From contig NC_083288.1 of assembly GCF_963506605.1 (NCBI RefSeq), positions 41,664,001 through 41,728,000 of the forward strand: a DNA stretch of 64,000 nucleotides, in the 5' to 3' direction. The notes below the pieces were generated by a model. It was given only the letters and a program-made list of their open reading frames with translations, searched no databases and was not told the origin of the DNA. Below, one piece after another: positions 1 to 11,881 of this stretch. Within the stretch, counting starts at the first letter, position 1; every line of letters starts with the position of its first letter. This stretch comes from Zootoca vivipara. Lineage: Eukaryota. The translations under genes were made by a program, and so were the position numbers.

Positions 1-80
1 AACTCTGGCCTCAGCAACACGATATAAGTTTTGGGGAAGAAGATGCAGCCCAATAACCCAAAACTAGATGCCAAAACAGA
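1..80 (-). pseudogene. B-type V2R exon 6 fragment (TM7 and start of C-tail), 5' part missing
   Basis: Minus strand reads [26 protein letters not shown], matching the end of genes B and G. Similarity stops at about 80 and runs off the window at 1. Confidence 0.75.
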
Positions 81-352
81 GCCAGAGACTAAATCAGAGC
101 TGCCCATACACATTTTTTTTTTAAAAAATAAAGCCCAAAAGAAAATGGCTTTTTCAGAGCATCAGAGGTAAATCACCTGTTCACTCTTTTCTAAAGAGTG
201 AATTCAATAATCAACATTTATGACTAACTTTCATCAATCACCAGGTCTAGAATTTTTTTTTGTAAGGCAGCTGCTGAACACATGTTTGCAAATATTCTTT
301 TGTACACATAGAGAAAAGCACAAAATGCAGAAAGGACAGGTTTCTTAATTCT

Positions 353-1254
353 TTAATTTTTCTTCCTAATAAGCTGTTCCCTATTGTTCAGCTCAGGCCT
401 CAGAAGGATTATATAACATTTGGGGGAAAAGATGCAAACCAGCAGCCCACCACCGGAGGCTAGGATAGAGAAGATCTCCACAGCGACCATATATTTTCCC
501 TTGGTGCTCAGGTAGGAAGGAATAAAGGACAGCCAAACACTGCAGAAGACCAACATGCTGAAAGTGATGAACTTGGCTTCATTGAAACTGTCTGGTAACT
601 TCCTGGCGAGAAAAGCCACAGCAAAACTCACAGTTGCCAGGCAGCTCATGTAGATGAGGACACAGTAAAACATGGCCACAGACCCCTCATTACATTCTAG
701 TATAATTTCTTCTGTCACTGAGTGCATGTCCACATCTGGGTATGGGGGAGAGGTTGCCAGCCACACAGTACATATCCCTGCTTGGACTATGGAGCAGGAA
801 AGGAGAATGGAGTGGCCTAGTCCTTTCCCCACCCATTTCCTCATCCTGGACTCTGGTTTTGTAGCCATGAAGGCCAAAACCACCGTGAAGGTTTTAGCCA
901 GGACACAAGAAACAGCAGTTGAGAAGATGATGCCAAAAGCTGTTTGTCGGAGGAGGCAGGTGACCTTCTCTGGTCGGCCAATGAAGAGTAATGCACAAAG
1001 GAAGCAGAGCAGGAGAGAGATGAGGAGAGCATAGGTGAGGTTTCGGTTGTTTGCAATGACAATGGGTGTGTCGTGGTGTTTCATAAATGTACCTAGTACC
1101 AGAGCTGTGATCAAGGAAAGGGAAAGAGAGAAACAAGCTAAACTGATTCCCAAAGGTTCTTCATAAGACAAGAAGCTGATATCCTTGGGTAGACATGCAT
1201 TCCGGTTCTTGCTTGGATAGTCCTTGTCTGGGCATTTCTTACAGTCATTCATAT
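353..1254 (-). CDS. V2R gene A exon 6 (end of cysteine-rich domain plus 7TM)
   Basis: ORF with class C GPCR motifs [52 protein letters not shown] acceptor at 1255-1256; 902 bp. Confidence 0.97.
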
Positions 1255-1731
1255 CTGGAAAAAATAAGGAAAGGACCTTTAGCTCATATCACCTTGTTGG
1301 GTCTGATGTTGACTTTCTGTCTGAGAAGAAAAAAAGCTCTGCTCAAATTAAAATACATATTGAATACTGTTCGATGTGGTATTGTTGAATTTAATTGGTT
1401 CAGAGCTATGTGGTCCTGTAAATGTCTCAACCAGAGCCATTGACATCTGAATGTTTATACATACTTGCCTGGGTGCAGCCTGTGTAAGTCAGAAGGAGTG
1501 GCAAGGCCCCCTCTATATATTATTTGAACCACATACCACCCAACTACTCTCAATGCATAGTCATTCTCATTTGATTAGCATATTTAGACTATCTGAAGGG
1601 CAATGCTCACAGAGGCAGAATCACGCGCACATTAGATCATCTCTTTTGAAACTTAAACTCAGCCTTCCTTACAGCACCGTTCAGTCCTAAATACTGAGTC
1701 TGGATCTATTTAATCTATTTATTTCTCCTAC

Positions 1732-1858
1732 CATCCTGGTTTGCAATCTTCCCCTCTGCACATGGGATGCAATCGTAGCAGCAAGGTGGCTGTCCCTCCT
1801 TCACTTTCTTGCTGGATCCTGGAAGACATCTCTCAGTACAGACAGAATGAGGCTGAGT
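1732..1858 (-). CDS. V2R gene A exon 5 (cysteine-rich NCD3G domain)
   Basis: 127 bp between AG and GT; translates TQPHSVCTERCLPGSSKKVKEGQPPCCYDCIPCAEGKIANQD. Confidence 0.95.
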
Positions 1859-2465
1859 CTAATCCATAAATGAAAGAGCAGAAGGTTCATTAAGAGACTT
1901 TGGAATCCTTTATGTTTTGGGCCTTTCTCTATGTTACTAAACTGACATAGAATTTCAGTAATATGTAATGGCCGTACAGAGAGCAATTGCTTTCTTTCAA
2001 ATTCGTCGTAGTAGTAATGTTTGAAGTTTTGTGATATTCCTTTAATATGGGGTGTGTACTGCCCCATCTGTTCTGCAAAGATTGCCCTGTCCATTAAAGT
2101 ACACTTTGAAGTTACTCTAGTTTTTTCTGTTAATTTTGTTATAATTTTTACTTTTGAGTATTTTGTCCCCTTGGTAGACAGCTGTAGAACTGATTTCGGT
2201 GCCGGTGGCTACACCTATACTTAGACCCATAAGATGCTGCCTGGGGAAGAGTTCTGAATATGGCAGCCACAATGGCTGGGGAAACCCACCCAGAGTGGTG
2301 GTGATTGTGGTTGTTGTTGTTGTTGTTATGGAATGCAATCTTTGTGAATTCCACTACAAAAATATTCTGTACAAATACGTGAATTGAAATGAAGCTATCC
2401 AAACCCCATGATACTCCTTGGCAAGCTGCAACACAATTCTCAGCATGTTAAGAACAAAATATACC

Positions 2466-3290
2466 TGTCAGGCGGCAGAGGAACCAACTCCCACTGCAGG
2501 TTGCCAGGAATGGATAAGAAAAGGAAAAGTCCTTACCATCTACTTTTTATTCAAAATTTACAGAGAGAGGCTTGGGAATGCAGCCTCTTGGAATAATGGC
2601 ATTGTCCTGAGTAAATCTCCAACCCCTTCTCTCTCACATTCTCATTCGTGAACAGCACCCTGCCTATGGTCGCTGCTTAGGGCCATCTGCATACCCTCCA
2701 ACTCCTGGTAAGAAAAATCCGGGATCAGCAGTGCGCTGCCTAATTTCCAGTGCCCAGAAATGGGCAGAACGGCACCGGATGTCGCTTAGAAGTGACTTCC
2801 GGTGCCGCTCTGCCCGATTTCCGGTGGCCAGACATGGGCAGATTGGCACCCAAAATCATTCTGCGCATGTCTAGACATGCGCAGAAGGAACCTCCATAGC
2901 AGGTAGGAAATCCTGGGAGATTTACGGGATTTATCTAATTTCGGGATGGCAGCGGGAAACAGATTAAAATCCGGGGGTTTCCCGCGAAAAACGGGAGACT
3001 TGGCAGCTATGGCCATCTCTCTTCAAGCCCTTCACTCTCATACTTTTAAGGTTCGTCAGGATCTGGGAGATGGTGGGTCTGGAATGCTTTCTAGTGGTAA
3101 AGTGTCAACCCCCTGCTCCAGCTCTGCCTCCTCCTCCTCTCCCATTATTTCCCAACTTCCCCGCTCATCCTCCTCTGAGCTGTGACCTCCCTCAAAACCC
3201 TGTTGTAATTCTGAACTGTCTTCTTCTTCCCTGGAAGGGTCAGGCTGGGGAGGCGTTCTCCACCATTCCTCCTCTACCCAGTCCCTGACA
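2466..3290 (-). mobile_element. Solo LTR (Gypsy-like) with nested hAT MITE
   Basis: TGTCAGG...CCTGACA inverted ends; flanks ATACC/ATACA; minus-strand AATAAA near 2545; absent from the paralogous intron of D and E. Confidence 0.7.
2690..3011. mobile_element. hAT-type MITE with non-identical ends
   Basis: Ends CATACCCTCCAAC / CTTGGCAGCTATG; 8-bp flanks GCCATCTG/GCCATCTC; body similar to the MITE at 28946. Confidence 0.75.
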
Positions 3291-4040
3291 ATACATTTTA
3301 AAACTAATTTTAAAGATCATTCCTTTTTAAAGATTGATGCTCTCTTCCTCTTCACACGTTTCTTCCCATGTCCCTCCTTCGCTCTCTCATTCCCCACCAC
3401 TTCTCCTCCTTCCACCTCTTCCACCGGCACCCTGAGAAGATGAATGTTCTCCTGCAACTGTTGCTGTCTGTTCTCAGTTTCTTCCTCTGGTATTATTATG
3501 CCTCCTTTCCCCAACTTTCTAGCAAGAAAGACAATATCCTGGGACTTAACAAATCATACATCATCTTTCACTCTGTCAGAAATCAGTATTTAATAAGTGT
3601 AAAGAAATCCAAATCGCTTTGGTTTATTTTATTTTATTTGGACCTAATGACCCACATTCAGATGAAGGATTGTGCAATGCAAAAACCACATTTGCAAGGA
3701 TGCAACTTGTAGTGGGGTCTGTGAATGGTTTGGATTAAGTTGAGACAACCTAGCTTTTGTTATTTTTGTCTGAACTCGGATCCCCCTAAGGCATATATAC
3801 ACTGTTAGCCATACTTAACTATATTTTTTAGTAAACGGGTTGTTCAGTTCTGTAACCTCTTTAATAAAATATTGGTCTTCTAGCAGTAAACCTTTGGTTT
3901 TTCATCTGGTACCTGAATGCTTTGGTCATACACCACTCATCAATTTCCGACTCAAAAGACTGTGAGTAGACTTGCAGGTGGATAATGATTGCTTATTCAA
4001 TACTGAATCTCTTTTGAATTAGCAAACAATGCAACTCTAC

Positions 4041-4268
4041 CTGGTTAAACCAACTGTGCCATGTGATGGCATCTTCATCAAGGATAAATGCTTGTTCTGC
4101 AGGAGCTTGTGGATCTATCCAGCCAACTCTCACTCTGTGCAAACTTTGGTTGGCAAATATGATCCAATTGACAATGTCCAAACTAGATTCTGCCTCCCCA
4201 TTCTGGTTGATGAAGACCACACCTCCTGCCGTATTGTTAAATGAGATGCTTCTTAGAAAGTGATGGAG
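4041..4268 (-). CDS. V2R gene A exon 4
   Basis: 228 bp, AG/GT; LHHFLRSISFNNTAG...DIVNWIIF...WHSWFNQ. Confidence 0.95.
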
Positions 4269-5014
4269 CTAGAATGAAAACAGAAAATACAGGGGATTGG
4301 AAAAGACTGCAGTCTAATGCAGGGAGGAGCATTTCCCCCCTATGAGCAGAAGCTACAGCAAATGGTGAGGGGTGATTCCGTCAACTGTCAGTGGATTCAG
4401 GTCCAAACTTGGAAAGAGTCAACCAGTTTTCTTTCACATGCCTGCCTCTCTCTCAAACTTCCTTATAACCCATCTCCCTCTGAATGCCCACAAGCTAAAT
4501 CTGTGTGAGTAGCGAGGTTTTTCTCTCTCTCCTCCTTCTCCCTGTCACTGAACATCTTGGAAGACAAGGCATTAATGTGCGACACCTCCTCTAAGGAAGG
4601 ATTTGGTTGATATGGGATAGAGGTAATGCTGAACATCGCTCCCAACCGTTACCACAGCTTCCTATATATAAATGCAGTGGCACCTTTCAATGGAGTGGGA
4701 TATCCTTGGACTGCAAAGCTTTCCTCATACAAATGCTTTCTGCTCAAACACAGAGCAGTACCTGCTCAAGGAAGGACACAACCATCATTTCCCTTCCCTA
4801 TAGGGTCTACTGCCATTTGCAAGCAGCACAATATGTGGGGAATCATCTAGGATACTATCATAACAGTGCTATCTCCTACTCTGTCTGTAGAATTATAAAT
4901 TCAGTTCTGGGTTTTCTTCCTAATACACCTGCGCAAATGTTTGAGAGGAAAGAGCAAGCTGATAGGATTCTGGAAGGAACAGGCCTTTGCCAGTTGAGGA
5001 TGTTCAGCCTTTAC

Positions 5015-5875
5015 CTGCCAAAACTGTTGATCCATATTCTTCCCTCTCCCTCCGTACACCATTCCTCTGTGTCTGAGTCTGGATGTGGACATGGCATGCA
5101 AAGCATGGGCCATGGCGTAGACAGCACTGTGGATGCTGTAACTGTGACCTGTCATGCTCATTTCAAAAAGTGATCCAGGAAGGCTCTCCAGCTTCTCTTC
5201 TCCGGTGCAAATATCCCCCTCTGCATTGTATGCATTGATATCTGGGAATACACATTCAAAGGCTTGTTGCCAGAAGTCCCTGATAAAACCGTCCCTATCT
5301 GGGGTGGCAGGGTTTCTGTGCACAACATACTGATGAAATCCTGGTGGGTTTCTAAAATGAATTTCAAAGGATATAGCACCACTGAATATTCCTGAATCCC
5401 AATTACTTTGAAAGACAAATGAAGCAAACTCAACCTGGGCTGTTGTTATCCATACTTTACTTTTTACATTATTTCTTATGTCATCATGTTCTGATAGGTA
5501 AGGAAGCCATCTAAAAGTTCCCATGGAATAAGATTCTCCAGAGGCAACCACTACGTTAGCTTTGCTGATAAATATTTTCTGGCTTATTGTTGCACCCTGT
5601 TGTATCATTCCAGTAATTTCAGAAATAAAACTAAAATTGGGGATTCTTTCTATGAATGCAAAGCAGACACCACTCTTGGTAAACATTGGGAAAATGGTTT
5701 GCACAAATCTTTCTCCATTGTCATTGTCTGTTGCAATGACTCCAATCCACGTCCACCTGAAATGTAGAAGCAAAGAGACAATTCCCTTATACTGAAGGGC
5801 TTCTGAGGCTGCCATCTGGTAGAACGGAAGCCCTGGGGTTTTGTTATTCATCACTGGAGCAGAGCCATAAATGAG
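5015..5875 (-). CDS. V2R gene A exon 3 (Venus flytrap domain)
   Basis: 861 bp, AG/GT; LLLHFRWTWIG, FIRDFWQQAFEC, CTGEEKLE, SYSIHSAVYAMAHALH. Confidence 0.96.
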
Positions 5876-6806
5876 CTAAAGCAGTAATGGAGAAAGAGAA
5901 GAGACCAAGTAATATTTGCAGAATTCTTTCAAACTACTCATATACATTATGTGGTAAATCATGTTAGTCAGATATGCCCTTGGGCACCCACCAGGGGTTG
6001 CAGGCCCTCTCATTTATAGAAAAGATACAAATGCAAATGGCCTGAAAATAGGGGTTATCTCCCATTCCTGCTTCTTAAACATTTGTTCTGTTGACCAGAG
6101 AGGGGCATTGTTCCTATTTTATCTTTTTAAAAAAACCAAACAATCAACCAAGCTTATGCATACTTGCAGGGTCTTGTAAGATGGATAAAACTGATTGGAG
6201 GGACACACCATGCCCTAAACAGAGGATTGCCTACCCCTATATGAAACATTATTTACTGTAGCCATGTCAGAATTGCAACTTGGGTCGGATACACATTCCT
6301 TCTCTGAAGCTTCTTTCGTCTTCACGATGCACATACCCCAACTGCCACAACTTCCATTTCTGCCTTTTCTTTTTCATGGCTTCTCATACTTCATTTATGA
6401 TCATTGATTTCACTTTCGAACCAGCTGCTGAGTACTATTAATGTTCTCCTGCAGAATTGGACTGTATCTGCAATTTGCCGTACCTTTGGAGTGTCTTTAA
6501 TTTGAAAAGCCTTTCCCCCTAAACATTCAGTTGGCTTTTGGGATATCAGTGTCCTTGAGGTGTGTGTAAGAGATTGGTAGTGTGACATATTTTTTCTGGT
6601 ATTGCACACTTTCTTATTAAGGTCATTTTTATTTTATTTTATTTTATGTTAACTCTGTACCACCTTCATTTTCCAAGGATCTGAAGGTTCTGCTCCGAAT
6701 TTCACCCTCAGCCTGAACTCGTGATGCTCCCTGAACTGGTGCCGTTAATTCAGCCTCTTTCTCAGTCTATGCAAGCTAATAGAGGTATTGTACATGGGTG
6801 TCCTAC

Positions 6807-7098
6807 CTGCGGGATCTTATAGATATCCAAAACAGTTGCCAAATAAAAGGATATTTCAGAATCCAGTCCTCCAATGACCCCAGCCAGATTATTTTCAACA
6901 TCACATATATAGTTAGGAACAAATTTCTCCACCCTGGATAAAAGCAGCAATGTGGCGAGATATGTGTTCCTTGCATTGTTATAGCTGTCATACAAGTGAA
7001 AGCCGATGGTAGTGTTGGGTAAGATGTGAGGGTCTTCGTTGATCTCCTTGACTGCAAATGCCAAGGCCACAATGTGCTGGTAAATCTTAGGCACCACC
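6807..7098 (-). CDS. V2R gene A exon 2
   Basis: 292 bp, AG/GT; [33 protein letters not shown]...PNYIC...YKIPQ. Confidence 0.96.
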
Positions 7099-7199
7099 CT
7101 AGAATGAGAGTTGTAAACAGTATCAGAAGGAACAGATATATCCATTTACATATCAACACAGTAGTTAATCATATAGAGTTTAGTGGAGTTAACTCCCAG

Positions 7200-8035
7200 T
7201 CCATTTCATTGCTGAACAGTTCTTATAATCAGCAAGTTCTTCCTGATGTTTAGACAGAATCTCCTTTCTTGAAACCTGAATCCATTGGTTTGGGTCCTAC
7301 CCTCTGGAACAAGAGAAAACAAGCTTGCTCCATCTTCCTGGTAACAACCCTTGAGATATTTGAAAATGGCTGCCATACCTCCCATCAGTCTTCTATTTTC
7401 ATAGCTAAACATACCCAACCCCCTTACCTTTTCCTCATAAGGTTTGGCTTCCAGACCCTTGATGTTATGTGTCACCCTCCTCTGCACATGTTGCAGCTTG
7501 TCAATATCCTTGTTAAATTGTGGGGAACAGCACTGAACACAATACACCAGGTGTGGTCTGAGCAGGGCAGAACAGAGCTGCTCTATTACTTCTTCTGATT
7601 GGGGCACTATACTTCTGTTGATATAAACTTCTTCATCCTTTTAATATGTACTACTGTGGTACATCAGGTTTCAAACTCAATTCATTCCAGAGGTCCATTC
7701 TGAACCCGAAACCATTCTTAACCTGAGGCGTGCTTTCGCTAATGGGGCCTCCTGCTGCCACTGCACTGCTGGTGCGCGATTTTCATTCTCATCCTCGGGC
7801 AGAGTTCTCAACCCGAGGTACTACTTCCAGGTTAGTGGAGTTTTTACCTGAAGTGTTTGTAACCTGAAGTGTTTGTAACCCGAGGTGTACCACTGTACTG
7901 GCAAGCTAGGTGTTCCCCATCTTATATTTGTGCAGCTGGTATTTCCTGCCTAAGTGCAGAACCTGACATTTGTCCCTATTGAAATACATTTTGTTAGTTT
8001 TGTCCCAGTTCTCTAATGTGTTAAAGCCAATGGTA
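7200..8035 (-). mobile_element. Old CR1 LINE 3' fragment in intron 1, shared by all A-type genes
   Basis: Degenerate CR1 RT C-terminus (LLRPHLVYCVQ...KDIDKL...RRLMG..IFKYLKG). Paralogous copies at about 35085-35610, 47730-48255 and 59435-59990. Confidence 0.85.
7654..7895. mobile_element. Tc1/mariner (Tigger/pogo-like) MITE inserted in CR1
   Basis: Degenerate CAGTGGTACCTCGGGTTAC-type inverted ends and a TA TSD. Empty site GCTA|CTGGCA is present in D and E. Confidence 0.8.
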
Positions 8036-8361
8036 TCTTGACCAGTGGTTGCTAATGTGGTGCCCATAGGAACATTGGAACCCCTGGGGTCTTTCCCTGA
8101 AACATCTGAAGCCTTTCCCTGACATTTACAAAGTTTCTGAGCTCTATCCTGCAATGACCCCTTCCTTATTCATGAGGCAGAGATGGTGGTTGCAATTCAC
8201 AGAATTCTATACTTCATCATCATGAAACAAACTTTAGCCTAAGATCAGGAAATGAAACAATATGAGCATTTAGCTTCTGTAAAGCTTTTTAATTCATTTC
8301 CACTAACACTCCTGTTCAGATAAAGTCTATCAAAACCGACTTTTTCAAAAGGGTTATCTCA

Positions 8362-8362
<1 letters not shown>

Positions 8363-8412
<50 letters not shown>
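8363..8412. repeat. (CA)n microsatellite
   Basis: Seen directly; not expanded in D, E or F. Confidence 0.95.
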
Positions 8413-8417
<5 letters not shown>

Positions 8418-8638
8418 TCAATACATTTATATTCATTTCCCTATTGAGAAATGGAAGCTTCTATAGTATTCTTTTAATTCACAAGACATTCCTATGGATT
8501 TTTTCATTCCAATGAAATCAAAAGTGGTTATCCCAAGGTAAATGGGTTGAGGTTTGCAGCCTCAGTCATTATGCTGAGGCTGCAGCTCTTGGTTTGATCA
8601 TTCCTCTGCAGTAAAAAAATGTCTGACTTAGTTCTCAC

Positions 8639-8856
8639 ACAAACTGTTCAGGCAGCGCTGGTGGGGGTTCCTCAGTGAATGTTGCCGGAGAGGAGATGAA
8701 GCCACCGTGGGAAACGATGCCACCAATGAGGAACTCTCCTGGCTGATGATACATGTGAAGTGGATGGTGTGGACCTTGGAGCCTGCATTTTGCTAGGTGA
8801 GCCCTACATGCTTTGTAAGAAAACAGTTCCAGCAGCAAGACCACTAAAACCACCAT
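8639..8856 (-). CDS. V2R gene A exon 1 (signal peptide)
   Basis: ATG at 8856; hydrophobic leader MVVLVVLLLELF; YHQPGEFLIGG; phase-2 donor gtgaga. 218 bp, in frame with exon 2. Confidence 0.92.
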
Positions 8857-9000
8857 TCTCAATACAAAGGCAAATGTTTGTTCTATGCAGAAACCACGTT
8901 TTCTCTTTTCTGAGTTAAAATTGTCTTGTTTAAATGGTAGTTTATTTTCCCAAGATGATGGAATCCAAAATCAGACTTGCATTAGGTTTCCCAGTGGCCA

Positions 9001-9135
9001 CTGTAAGTCCACCAGGGTTTTTTGAGAAGCAGCAGCTCAAATTATAGCCCTGTTAATCATCAAGAAGGAATGTAGGTATTTATTCAATTCTAAGGATTCC
9101 CTCTGGAATTGCTGAAGAAAATGTGTTTGTCACAT
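9001..9135 (-). promoter_or_regulatory. Candidate proximal promoter block of A-type V2R genes
   Basis: TATAAT (9041-9046, minus strand), TAATCA homeodomain-like site and TCCCTCTGGA O/E-like site (9098-9107). Conserved at about 36541-36680, 49174-49305 and 60991-61125. Confidence 0.5.
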
Positions 9136-9353
9136 TTTAAATTCCCTTTCATTAGTTAAAAATCGACCAGTAGTGTATTGGTGAAGTTAGAAGTAAGAAA
9201 TAGAAGACCTTGTAAACAATGGAGTTTCCTGTCAAAAAATGTTTTATTTCCTCATATTCCTTTAATTTGAGCTTCCCTCCCTTTTCTTCTATTAGATCTT
9301 TATATTTACCCCATTTTCCATTTGAGTTCCTCTTCTTCGCTGTTATTATTTCA

Positions 9354-11050
9354 TTTTTTTAAAAAATATATTTATTGAAGATTTTCCAACACACACATAC
9401 AGAAATACAAAACACAAAAATACACAGTACAAAAATATAAAATACAAAAACAAAAATGCAAACAACAAAAAATATCAAAGACAAAATCTCTAACTTAAAT
9501 CTTGATCATCACCCTTTGGACTCCCTCAACCTCCCCCACCTTGGGTCCCTGTTACGATATTGTTTAAACAGTATTCATTGTAATTTTGCTAATCTTACAT
9601 ATTATTCTCTCAATCATTTGTTCTTATTTTCAACCCTTCTTCCATATACTATTGCAATCACCTTTATCTAATATTTCATGTCAAATATTTCTAATTCCCT
9701 TTATTCATTCTATAAATGTTTTCCCTTCTGCCTATAATTTTTATTAACAATGAATCATCATTCTAATATTAACTCTTAAATCAGCTATTATTTCAGACCA
9801 TTATAACATTGCTCCCCCCTTCCCCCAGATCCAGATTTTCCAAAAGCTTACAGCGAAGTCCATATGACATACCAGTATAAGGCCATTCCATATCATCCAT
9901 CTCTATCTACATTTACATTCTATTAACCCACTCCCACCCTTTCCCAAAGCTTCCACAAAACCCTTTCCTCCCACTTCTGCAGTTTCCCACCTATACCTTT
10001 CTGTCTACCTTCCCAGAGGGTACCCTGTCCTCCCTCTCTCACTGGGAGGGTAAGAGCCCTCTCTGGTCCATCCTTGAGAAGTTCTTGAGTCCAGTCCTTT
10101 TTCTGTTCCACATCTCCCACTTGTGGAACATTCTGCCATTCTTCTTCTTCTTCCTCTTCCTGTTGTGTCAATTCTTCATGTGTCGTGAAAATGTTCAATG
10201 TTGGTGCTTCCTTTTTATCCTCCACGTCCAATTTTTCAACTTCTATGTCAATTCTTCTATCCGTGCTGCTTTCTCTGTTCACCTCTCTTAGTTGTTCATT
10301 GTGTTCCCGCGACAAAGCGCATTCCCACAGCAAGGTGGTGTACGAGTTCAGTCCCTTTCTAATGTCACGCAGCTCTGCAAATATTTTTTGCCAAGGCTGA
10401 TCTTTTTCAGCTGCTGGGTCTGAGGCCATCTTATCTGTTCCAGTCCCGTGGGAAACCCACCAGTTACACCGCAGGAAATGGCGGAGGGTTTATTCCGAAA
10501 CATTGTAATCCATTTTGTTGCCTGATCTGGTTACTTTGTCCTTTAATATTCTTTCAATCAGCTCACTTTTATTTTTTTGCAATTTCTAGTCCTCAAAGTC
10601 AATCGCAGAAGCCTCCGGGGCCCTGGATCTGGCTTCCTGCGAGGGCTCAAAGTCCAATTGTTAATAAATTAAATGCTTCCTTTCTCTTCCCGGCAGGGGA
10701 TCAGTTTACTGTATCACAGTCTCACAATTAGGAGAGGTCGACTTCCTTTTTTAAGCTCATCCGTGGCTAAATCTTTCAATTTTTAAACTCTTCTTAGATT
10801 TTTTACTCACGGTTTCCAGGTTTTAAATCTTTAATTGCGATAGAATCCACTGCATTCCGCCGCCAGCACGAAGCTTCGCTACTGCGAGGACAATGATGAC
10901 GCTTAAGATGGCCCCCACGACTACCACCCCGCTCTTCCCGGGGCTCTTCTCGAGCTTACCGGAGAGTAGGAGAGTCGGGATTAGGGAGCTGCTAAGCACT
11001 TCGTCCCCATAAAGCACTATATGGGGCTCTTTTGGGCAGCCGCGTTGCGT
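9354..11050 (-). mobile_element. L1-related non-autonomous retroelement candidate (half-L1-like) with one 168-aa ORF at 9923-10429
   Basis: CpG-rich 5' end at 10850-11050, single ORF with aagATGG start context, AT-rich tail with AATAAA (9371-9376) and an A-run. No RT motifs and no clear TSD. Confidence 0.5.
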
Positions 11051-11067
11051 GTTGTTCATAAATATAA

Positions 11068-11068
<1 letters not shown>

Positions 11069-11107
<39 letters not shown>

Positions 11108-11145
11108 AAGGGATTATAAGTGAAATGTTTGGACGTATTTATATG

Positions 11146-11199
<54 letters not shown>

Positions 11200-11800
11200 A
11201 AAGTAACAGGGAATTATATTGTGGTAATGGAAGCAGTAATTAGTTAAAATAGTTAATTAACCCGAGAGGACAAGTGGAAGCTTAATGGTTGGAGAGGATA
11301 ATTTTGTTTATTTGTTTTGTTGTTATGTCTGTTTAATGTCTGATTCATTTAATATGATTGAGTAAAAGGAATATATAGATAAACTTCAGTGGATTCCTGT
11401 ATTAGATTTTATTTATATTTTTATTTGTAAGTTTTGTTACAAGATGATTTGTATGATTTGTTTGTTTTGATTTGAATTTCAATAAAGTTTATTTTTTTAA
11501 AAAAAGAAAGAAAGAAAAATGTACAAGAGTACATTCATTTGTAAAATTAGAATATACAACGGGGCTTGACAGGAAGTCCAAAGTGGTGGTATGTATATGA
11601 TTTTGGAATACTCTTGTCTCGTTCTCCCCCCCCTTCCCCCCATTGTTGTTTGCATATTATTCTTGTATTTATGATGAAAATCATAGTATAAGAAGTCCTG
11701 TGATGTAACATAAACATAAGAAGTCCTGTGATGTAACATAAAATGTCTATCATTGTAACATTAGAATCCTAATAAAATATATACAATTTTTTTGAAAAAA
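11069..11800 (+). repeat. (TA)n tracts, AT-rich LINE-like 3' tails and a 27-bp tandem duplication
   Basis: TA runs at 11069-11102 and about 11150-11197; AATAAA plus A-runs near 11481 and 11771; ATAAGAAGTCCTGTGATGTAACATAAA twice at about 11688-11742. Confidence 0.55.
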
Positions 11801-11881
11801 GAAGCATTCTGAGAAGAAAAATGAATTCAAGGAGATTTAGTCCAGTTATGATTTGCTACATCAAATAGACTTGTTCAAGCT

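Noticed and set aside
672-1034. Recurrent 120-aa plus-strand ORF antisense to exon 6 (also at 38446 and 51780)
   Set aside because: An antisense shadow of near-identical paralogous exons; it is shorter in D and has no independent coding signal.
2050-2460. Intron 4 block shared by A, D, E and partly F, considered as a hidden exon or ncRNA
   Set aside because: ORFs are not conserved between copies, part looks like an L2 tail plus (GTT)n, and paralogy explains the sharing.
3993-4040. Exon 4 frame continues into intron 4 (..VELHCLLIQKRFSIE*), suggesting a secreted isoform
   Set aside because: The similarity is expected from recent duplication, D differs, and there is no transcript evidence.
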